NCBI RefSeq assembly: GCF_004010195.1
Contig: NC_057719.1
Location: forward strand, 3,169,797 to 3,191,779
DNA: 21,983 nucleotides
Reading direction: 5' to 3'
Origin: Chiloscyllium plagiosum
Taxonomy: Eukaryota
Below are positions 9,482-17,143 of the stretch, piece after piece. How positions within the stretch are numbered: position 1 is the stretch's first letter; each line of letters opens with the position of its first letter. Both the position numbers and the translations under genes were made by a program. The notes beneath the pieces were generated by a model that saw nothing but the letters and a program-made list of their open reading frames with translations, was not told the DNA's origin and made no database searches.

Positions 9482-9790
9482 CAACAACTTGCATTGACAT
9501 AGCCCCATTCATGTCGTGAAGCATTCCAAGGTGACAAGTGGGAGCATTATCAGACCAAGTGTGACATGGAAGTGAGCAAAAGGCATGAACAGACAGGAAC
9601 ACTTTGAACAGAGAATTCCAGAAGCCGGGATGCAAGAGCAGAGGAAATGGTCACCAATGGTGAATTGATTTATAACAGGCATGTTCACAGTGCCACAATT
9701 AGAGGAAGGAGCGTTGTTATTATAGGGATTGAGCCGGGTGAGGCTGTGGAGAAATTTGAACACAACGATAGGAGTTTTAATGAGATGGAG
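9482..9790 (-). mobile_element. L2-clade LINE 3' fragment (old)
   Basis: CAACAACTTGCATTGACATAGC is the reverse complement of an L2-type tail (GCTATATAAATGCAAGTTGTTG). Downstream sequence is weakly complementary to 10188-10360. Confidence 0.6.
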
Positions 9791-10081
9791 ATAGTTATGC
9801 CAAATTCCAATTCACTGAACAAACAGGCTAATCGTCGTTTATCTACACAACTGCACTGAAGGACAAATGGGACGAATGGATGAGGAGAGGGGGAGCAAAT
9901 TGGAGGTTATCAGTGACTCTGACCTCAGGGGTGAGTTCAAATAGGCTCAGCGATTCCCGCTATGGGGGTGGGGAAGCTAAATTATGAAAGGTAGCCTTTT
10001 CCTTAGAACAGCTAACGTTGATCAATGAGGAATTAACCTTACTGTTAAAATAGACAAAGGTGTACAAAGAGACTGAAAGTA

Positions 10082-10185
10082 CAAGAGAAAGTGCTGGAAA
10101 CACTCAGTAGGTCAGTTAACATTGAGAGAGAGAGAGAGAGAGAGCAAGGCAGAAGCTGATTCAAATTCCTGGTCAATGACCTTGG
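10082..10185 (-). mobile_element. Degenerate Penelope-like terminal fragment with internal (GA)n expansion (10124-10144)
   Basis: AAAGTGCTGGAAACACTCAGTAGGTCAG resembles the arm GTGCTGGAAAAGCACAGCAGGTCAGG of the fold-back elements. Confidence 0.5.
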
Positions 10186-10187
10186 AG

Positions 10188-10360
10188 GTAACCCTCCAAG
10201 ATCTCTAATTGCAGCCTCTCGAGCATCTCCAATTTTAATCTCTCCATCTCAGGTCTCAGCTGCTTGGGACCTGAGCTCCAACATTCCCTCTGCAAATCCC
10301 TTTGCCTCTGTTTCTCTCTCTCTTGCTCCCCCTTTAAGACAATCCTTAAAACTGATTGTT
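10188..10360 (+). mobile_element. L2-clade LINE 3' region fragment
   Basis: TCAGCTGCTTGGGACCTGAGCTCCAACATTCCCTC...CCTTTAAGACAATCCTTAAAAC corresponds to the degenerate L2 ORF2 C-terminus (FS..GP.LWNSLP...FK..LKT). Confidence 0.6.
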
Positions 10361-10364
10361 GTGA

Positions 10365-11766
10365 ACGAACTGAACAAAGAACGTTACAGCACAGGAACAG
10401 GCCCTTCAGCCCACCAAGACTGTGCTGAGACCTGAAGCCTTTCTAAACTATAAACCTTTTGCCCCTATGCTGTTTGTATCCCTCTATCCCCTCCCTGTTC
10501 ATGTAACTGTCAAGGTGCCTCTTAAACATTGTCATTGTATCCACCTCCACCAACTCTGCGGGTAGTGCATTCCAGGCACTTACCATCCTCTGTCTAAAAA
10601 ACACCCATCTATCACATCTCCTTTAACTTCCCCTTTTACCTTAAACCTATGTCCCTTAGTTAATGGCATTTCTACTCCTGGGAAAAAGATTCTGACTATC
10701 CATTCTATCCACGCTTCTCATAATTTTGTAAATCTGCGTCAGACTGCCCTTCATCCTTTGAAGTCTAAGTTAAAACAAACCAAGTCTGTCCAATCTCTCC
10801 TCATAGCTAATACTCTCCAAACCAGGCAAAATCCTGGTAAACCCTTTCTGTACCCTCTGCAAAGCCTCCAGAATGTTCTGGTAGTATGATGGCCATAACT
10901 GTACACAATATTCCAAATGTGGCCTAACTAAAGTTTTAAGCAGCTGCAACATGTCTTGCCAATTTTTATACTCTATGCCTCAGCCAATGAAGGCAAAGAT
11001 TCCATATGCCTTCTTGACCACCTTATCCACTTGTCTTGCCCCTTTCAAAGGAATCTGGACCAGTGTGTCTGGATTCTTCCATATGTTGATGCTTTTAGGG
11101 ATTCTGCCTTTTCTCGTATGCGTCCCTCCCACATTAGATTTCCTATAATTCATCACCTCGCATTTGTCTGGATTAATCCATCTACCATTTCTCTGCCTTA
11201 ATCTCCAGCCTATCTACATTCTGCTGTATCCTTTGGCAATCCTCCTCCCTGTCCACAGCTCCACAAATGTTCGTGTCATCCGCAAACTTACTAATCAGGT
11301 CCCCTACATTCTGCTCCAAATATATTTCCAAGCAACAAGGCTCCCACCACAGATCTCCTGGCAGAAAAGCACCCTTTCATTACTACTCTGTTTCTGACTG
11401 AGCCAGTTCTGTATCCATCTTACCCTCTCACTGCAGATCCCACATGACATCACCTTCTGTACCAGCCTGCCATGAGGGACCTTGTCAAAAGCCTTGCTAA
11501 AGTCCATATGGACAACATCCACAGCACTACCCTCATCAATCATCTTCATCCACTTCCACATAAAGCTCAATCACATTTGTGAGACTTGACCTTCCCTGCA
11601 CAAAGCCCATGTGGCCTGTAGTTAATATATTTTTCCAAATGTAAGTAAATTCCTGTCCCAAAGAATCTTCTCTGAATTTCTGAGCCATGATCTAAGGCTT
11701 GCTGGCTGTCACTTCCTCGATTATCCCTGTTGCTCTTCTTAAAGAAAGGACCAACATTGGCTATTC
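10365..11766 (-). mobile_element. CR1-clade LINE, RT domain to 3' end, with internal deletions
   Basis: Minus-strand IDEGSAVDVVHMDFSKAFDKVPHGRL...WIQNWLS, KFADDT (~11271-11289) and LVRPHLEYCVQLW...LQRVQKGFTRILPGL, followed by a TTCTTTGTTC tail. Confidence 0.9.
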
Positions 11767-11802
11767 AAATGTTTGGTTACCTGTTGCAACTTTTAAAAAT
11801 TC

Positions 11803-12375
11803 TATTCATTCATGGGGTAGGGGCTGGGCCAGCATTTATTACTCATCCCTAGTTGCCCCTTGAGAAGGTGGGGGTGAGCTGCCTTCTTGAACTGCTGCAG
11901 TCCATGTTCTGTAGGTAGATCACAATGGCCCTTAGGGAGGGAATTCCAGGATTCTGACCCAGTGACAGTGAAGGAACGGCGATATATTTCCAAGTCAGGA
12001 TGGTGAGTGGCTTGGAGGGGAACTTGCAGGGGGTGGTGTTCCCATGTATCTGCTGCCCTTGTCCTTCTAGATGGAAGTGGTTATGGGTTTGGAAGGTGCT
12101 GTCTGAGGAATCTTTGGTGAACTTCTGGAGTGCATCTTGTAGATAGTACACACTGCTGCTACTGAGCGTCGGTAGTGGAGGAAATGGATGTTTGCAGATG
12201 TGGTGGCAGTCAAACTGCTGCTTTGTCCTGGAGCTGCCCCGCTCCAGGCAAGTGGGGAGTATTCCATCACACTCCTGGCTTGTGCCTTGGAGATGATGGG
12301 ACAGGCTTTGGGAGTCAGGAAGTAAGTTACTTGCCGCAGTATTCCCAGCCTCTGACCTGCTCTTGTGTGTGTCTC
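11803..12375 (-). mobile_element. Non-LTR retrotransposon (CR1/L2 group) 3' fragment
   Basis: RAGQRLGILRQV...KAQARSVMEYSPLAW...HYRRSVAAVCTIYKMH, then SWNSLP...FKKAAHPHLL. The 3' tail ends ATGAATGAATA. Confidence 0.8.
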
Positions 12376-12404
12376 GCTGTCAACTTTTGTCGGATGGTGA
12401 ACAA

Positions 12405-12448
12405 CCTTGAGGGTGTTGAAGTTGCTATTTAAATTCAGGTTGTTGTTG
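12405..12448 (+). mobile_element. Short L2/DeuSINE-type 3' tail
   Basis: TGCTATTTAAATTCAGGTTGTTGTTG resembles the tail seen in reverse at 9482-9503. Confidence 0.45.
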
Positions 12449-12501
12449 AGAATTGGACAAGATTGGCAGAAATTCAAAGGGACAAAGAGAACTCTGGGTG
12501 T

Positions 12502-12585
12502 GATAACATCAAAATGCTGGAGATCGCAGCTGGTCAGGCAGTACCCATGGAGAGCAAGCCAGCTAACGTTTGGAGTCGAGATGAA
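12502..12585 (-). mobile_element. Degenerate Penelope-like terminal fragment
   Basis: AAATGCTGGAGATCGCAGCTGGTCAGGCAG...CTAACGTTT resembles the fold-back arm ending in ACGTTTC. Confidence 0.45.
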
Positions 12586-12856
12586 TATTAGATATTTTTG
12601 AAGGAGAGATGGTCGTGTTTTAAATGTTAATATAAAAGCAAAAAGCAACTGAGACTGGGATGACAAGAATATATTTTCTGTATGCTTCCAGCATCTTCTG
12701 TTGTTAATTGAGATTTCTGGCAACTTACATTATTTTATTTTCTGTTTCTCAATGAGGGTGAATCTGATTTCCAAGGGTGAGGCATACAGAGGACCCCTTT
12801 AAGAAACAGAAACTAGTTTATGTCCTGGTTTATAGGCCCTTTGTTGCTAAGGGAGT

Positions 12857-12870
12857 GTTGCCCTGGTAAC
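12857..12870. promoter_or_regulatory. RFX X-box motif
   Basis: GTTGCCCTGGTAAC versus consensus GTTGCCATGGCAAC, with an adjacent half site GTTGCTAAGG at 12843. Confidence 0.5.
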
Positions 12871-13124
12871 TAAATACAAGACTCATGACAGCTTGAGCAG
12901 ATGAAAACAGCACCACATGATTGCTGCCTGCCATGGTCTCTCTCAGTCTGCTCAGAATGGGAAGGGTTATTTAGAGATTCGTGCTGGAGGAACAAAGCTG
13001 TCCCTAAAGCTTGGTCCAGGAACCTTGGCAGACAGCTCAGTGCAGAAAGCAGCTGCATTCGGAAACCCATCCCGGCTGGGAGCTGTCCATAAGGGGAGGG
13101 AGTCACTTGCTACTGAGTGGGCGA

Positions 13125-13172
13125 GTGTGTGTGTGAGAGAGAGAGAGAGACAGAGAGACAGAGAGAGAGACA
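13125..13172 (+). repeat. Compound (GT)n(GA)n/GACA microsatellite near the 5' end of the gene
   Basis: GTGTGTGTGTGAGAGAGAGAGAGAGACAGAGAGACAGAGAGAGAGACA. Confidence 0.9.
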
Positions 13173-13288
13173 AAGGGATGCTGTCAGAGAGCCGTTGGTG
13201 CTGAAACAGAGAGACTGCCAGGGAAACGCGATTGATCAGAGCCTGCGACTGTCAACTTTCGGATAGTGGAGCACTCCAGTAACCCACC

Positions 13289-13315
13289 ATGGATCTCTCG
13301 TTCATGGCTGCACAG
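13289..13315 (+). CDS. C14orf132: First coding exon (partial CDS, 9 codons) of the C14orf132 homolog, a small transmembrane protein
   Basis: Ideal Kozak CCCACCATGG. ATG GAT CTC TCG TTC ATG GCT GCA CAG = MDLSFMAAQ, identical to the recalled N-terminus of human C14orf132 ([21 protein letters not shown]...). Immediately followed by a phase-0 donor CAG|GTAAAG. Exon 2 was not seen in the window. Confidence 0.88.
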
Positions 13316-14102
13316 GTAAAGCCTTTAACAAACAAAATGAAATTACCTCCTAAAGATAAGATTCGAGCGTGATTATCTTTGCCCCTACCTTTAACGTTTT
13401 TTTTTATTGGAAGTGTCAAGCAACCAACAGAAAAACAATGGTTTCCTGGCGAGGAAGCAAGGGGATAGATTTTGAAATCCAGGCCATTTGTTGAATGATT
13501 GTAATTCACTGCAAAAAACAAAGGGTTTCTTTCACTGCTCTCCCTGTGAATATTAAAGACAGTTTCTGTCGGCTGGCGGTAATGATTGATACTGTTGTAT
13601 ATTAAAACCCTAGTGCCTTGCCTCACTCTTCAAGCTAAATGAAGTAGGGCATGGTCCTCAACCAGAGCTTTGTTGAGTTTTTCAGTTTGCTATTTCAGAC
13701 CCTTTCTGTTACCTCCTCCCCACCCCCACCCACCGGCTCCCTTATATTTCTCACAAAATGATTTCTTTCTGCAGCCTCTGGTTATGAACCTTACACCTTA
13801 AATTTCCTCTCCCGCTTTCTCCTCCACTGACCAGTGTCTTCAGATATTCGTCTGAGGGGTTGGACTCATTGGCACTGCCCCCCACCCCACCCCACCCCAC
13901 CCAGTCGCTTCCTATCTCCCTCTTGTTGATGTCCAGGATGTGAGAAAGGGAGGGTGAGGCAGGGGGTTTGTGGGCCGACTGTATTTGGGGAGAGAAGACC
14001 CGGGGCAAGGTACAATCCCAACACTCCGTACACAAAGGGGACTCTGTGAAAGGGGCCAATGGGGCTTAAGGATACAGTGAAACCCACTGGGCAGTGCATT
14101 GA

Positions 14103-14326
14103 CTGGGATGGCGAGTCGGAAAAGAGGGATGGTCCCTAGATGTGGGGCTGGGAAAGACAGACAGTCCCTGGATATGGGGCTGAGAAAGGCAGACTCCCAG
14201 GGTGTGGGACTGGGAAAGATGGACACTCCCTGGATGTGGATCTAGGAAAGACAAATATTCCCAGGATGTGGGTCTGAGAAAGAGAGGCATTCCTGGGATG
14301 TGAGGCCAGGAAAGATGGATGATCCC
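14103..14326 (+). repeat. Degenerate ~32-bp tandem repeat, ~7 copies
   Basis: Units of the form CCWGGATGTGGGNCTGRGAAAGANRGACANTC. Confidence 0.8.
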
Positions 14327-14364
14327 AGAATTGATTTTCTCCCTATGTTATTTTCCAGTCTTGT

Positions 14365-14635
14365 GGGTGGTGATGGTCATGATAGTGATGGTGGCGATAA
14401 GGGATTGATAATATTGTGATGTCATGTAGTCATCTCGGTGATTGTGGTGATGGTGGTGAAGGTGATAGTGTTGGCAGTGACCGTGCTGGTGGTGCTGATG
14501 GTGATGGTGATGTCAGTGGAGTTGTTCATGGAGGTGATGGTGATAATGGTGGTCTTGGTAGTAATGGTGGCACTGGTGGTAATGGCGATGGAAGTGATGA
14601 CTGTTTTGATGGTAGTGTTAGCAATGGCTTTGCCA
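14365..14635 (+). repeat. Degenerate (GGT/GAT)n trinucleotide low-complexity tract
   Basis: Persistent 3-nt periodicity (GGTGATGGTGGT...), giving G/D-, V/M- and T/I-rich spurious ORFs. Confidence 0.88.
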
Positions 14636-15164
14636 TGTGAAGATAGGCAGTCCCACATATCGGTAATGGTTCTGGAAAGGGTGATAGCCACTTCAGTTTC
14701 CCCTCCCCCTCTGAAGCCTTATCGATACCAACATACTGGGGTTATAGGTTTGAGAAGACTGCAGGAGGGAAGCAGTGGGTTCTGTATGAAGTCCCATCCC
14801 TTTCGTCCTCTACATCCTTCAAATAATGTCTCGTGTGGGATCAATAAGTGCCTGGGGTGAGGGAGGGGCTGGTCACATCCGTAAAGTGCATGGGTCCGAA
14901 GAGTTTGAAGTGCAATAGGGAGGGGTCTGTCTGAAGACTGTGCACTTGGCTTATTGAGCTGCTTTGGTGTCTCTGCCTTGTGCTCATTCTCTCAATCAAT
15001 CACACTGATATTTTTCATTATTTGTTCTCAACAAATGTGATAAAGTGAATATGATTGTTTTGTAATTTGTTGCTTCATCAATCATAAAAACGCTCGCGAG
15101 CAAATCAGGCCATGATTATAGCAATCTGCTGACCTCTCACCTTTCTGGTTGAGGGAACAGGCTT

Positions 15165-15178
15165 GTTGCTATGGAGAC
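15165..15178. promoter_or_regulatory. Intronic RFX X-box motif
   Basis: GTTGCTATGGAGAC; the reverse complement GTCTCCATAGCAAC fits GTHNYY-AT-RRNAAC. Confidence 0.45.
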
Positions 15179-15629
15179 TGGGAATGGAGGTCAGGTTGGA
15201 AGGGTCAACTGTGTCCCCACATGACCTGCAACCTCCCCATCCCCCACCATGCCGACATGATGCCATTGGTCAGTCCTCGTGGTTCCCCGCCCTACAGCCT
15301 GTCCATTATTTACCAGAATGAATCTGAACTTTCCCAATCCACATCCCTGGAACTAACGGCACAAAGAACACCAAGGAGGTCACTGTTTTTGTTTTAAGGA
15401 TTTCTTTCTCCATTGCACAGTATTGAAATGTCAACTGCAAGAGAAACTGAGCCCTCGTTGGGTGTGGGTACCCTCACTGGGAGGGACGAGTCCCATCTCG
15501 TGCCTGAAATGATGGTGTGGAGGGAGGGGGGTATGGCAGGGAAGTGGGAGGGTGAGGATGAGGTGAGGGGGTTAGGGGAGGGGCTGGGCAGACAGGTTAT
15601 GGTAGAGGGGAAAGGGGGGGGTTGAGTGG

Positions 15630-16599
15630 NNNNNNNNNNNNNNNNNNNNNNNNNNNNNNNNNNNNNNNNNNNNNNNNNNNNNNNNNNNNNNNNNNNNNNN
15701 NNNNNNNNNNNNNNNNNNNNNNNNNNNNNNNNNNNNNNNNNNNNNNNNNNNNNNNNNNNNNNNNNNNNNNNNNNNNNNNNNNNNNNNNNNNNNNNNNNNN
15801 NNNNNNNNNNNNNNNNNNNNNNNNNNNNNNNNNNNNNNNNNNNNNNNNNNNNNNNNNNNNNNNNNNNNNNNNNNNNNNNNNNNNNNNNNNNNNNNNNNNN
15901 NNNNNNNNNNNNNNNNNNNNNNNNNNNNNNNNNNNNNNNNNNNNNNNNNNNNNNNNNNNNNNNNNNNNNNNNNNNNNNNNNNNNNNNNNNNNNNNNNNNN
16001 NNNNNNNNNNNNNNNNNNNNNNNNNNNNNNNNNNNNNNNNNNNNNNNNNNNNNNNNNNNNNNNNNNNNNNNNNNNNNNNNNNNNNNNNNNNNNNNNNNNN
16101 NNNNNNNNNNNNNNNNNNNNNNNNNNNNNNNNNNNNNNNNNNNNNNNNNNNNNNNNNNNNNNNNNNNNNNNNNNNNNNNNNNNNNNNNNNNNNNNNNNNN
16201 NNNNNNNNNNNNNNNNNNNNNNNNNNNNNNNNNNNNNNNNNNNNNNNNNNNNNNNNNNNNNNNNNNNNNNNNNNNNNNNNNNNNNNNNNNNNNNNNNNNN
16301 NNNNNNNNNNNNNNNNNNNNNNNNNNNNNNNNNNNNNNNNNNNNNNNNNNNNNNNNNNNNNNNNNNNNNNNNNNNNNNNNNNNNNNNNNNNNNNNNNNNN
16401 NNNNNNNNNNNNNNNNNNNNNNNNNNNNNNNNNNNNNNNNNNNNNNNNNNNNNNNNNNNNNNNNNNNNNNNNNNNNNNNNNNNNNNNNNNNNNNNNNNNN
16501 NNNNNNNNNNNNNNNNNNNNNNNNNNNNNNNNNNNNNNNNNNNNNNNNNNNNNNNNNNNNNNNNNNNNNNNNNNNNNNNNNNNNNNNNNNNNNNNNNNN
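15630..16599. other. Assembly gap (970 N) flanked by G-rich low-complexity sequence
   Basis: Run of N with GGG-rich flanks at 15510-15629 and 16600-16716. Confidence 1.
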
Positions 16600-16824
16600 G
16601 GAGTGAGGAGGGGGAAGGGGAGTGGGGTTAGTGAGGGGGAGGGAGTAGGGGAATGGGACTGAGAAGAGTGGAGGGTGTGGGGAGTGGTATTGGGGGAGAG
16701 GGGACAGGGCAGGGGAACAGAGTTGTTATCATTGAACAGAATTCCCATCACTCCCCAGAATTCCTTGATCAATTCGGGAAATCCTTGAAATTCCAAGTGA
16801 TAGTTGTCAGGAAGCTTCCTCAAC

Positions 16825-17143
16825 CATGAGACGTTGGCATCAACTGGCACAGCCAGAGTTTGTTGTTTGTCCCTAATTGCCCTCAAGAGGGGTGGTGGAG
16901 CTAATTGAGTCCCTTGCTTGGCCACTTCAAAGTTAATTAAAGATCAGTAACATGGCTGTGTTTATAAATCCATCCACAGGCCAGGCTGACTAAGGTCAAG
17001 AGGGTTTCTCCTTGTGGGGCCATTGGTGAATCAGAATGGGTTTTTACCACATTCCTACACATCATCATTACTGTTACCGGATTGTTCCAGAACTATTTAA
17101 GAAAGGTCTGTGGTAGAATTTGAATTTGAATCTCCATGGTATA
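16825..17143 (-). mobile_element. Degenerate tRNA-derived shark SINE (same family as 9010-9200), head end abutting the minisatellite
   Basis: Tail TCCCTAATTGCCCTCAAGAGGGGTGGTGGAGCT matches the LINE tail at ~11845-11880 (TCCCTAGTTGCCCCTTGAGAAGGTGGGGGTGAGCT). TGTGGTAGAATTTGAAT at ~17109-17125 parallels TGTGGTGGGATTTGAAC at ~9133-9149. Confidence 0.65.

Larger units (their letters stand above)
12730..13288 (+). promoter_or_regulatory. Putative promoter and 5' UTR of the C14orf132 homolog
   Basis: Largely repeat-free stretch directly upstream of the ATG, with more CpGs near the ATG. RFX X-box GTTGCCCTGGTAAC at 12857-12870 and RE1 half-sites. The TSS cannot be determined. Confidence 0.55.

Noticed and set aside
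9254..9508. Short ORFs or a possible exon in apparently unique sequence
   Set aside because: No recognisable protein similarity and no convincing paired splice sites.
12067..12723. 218-aa minus-strand ORF as a host gene
   Set aside because: The C-terminal half is LINE ORF2 (MEYSPLAW) and the N-terminal half reads through unrelated repeat fragments.
14335..14374. Acceptor-like site TTATTTTCCAG as exon 2 of C14orf132
   Set aside because: The phase-0 reading gives SCGW then stop, with no similarity to the expected GGAFMDSP sequence.
14416..14860. ORFs rich in G/D, V/M or T/I (mucin-like or membrane-protein-like)
   Set aside because: Artefacts of a degenerate GGT/GAT trinucleotide tract that is open in several frames.
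15597..16925. Long ORFs across the second gap
   Set aside because: Open only because of N runs and low-complexity flanks.
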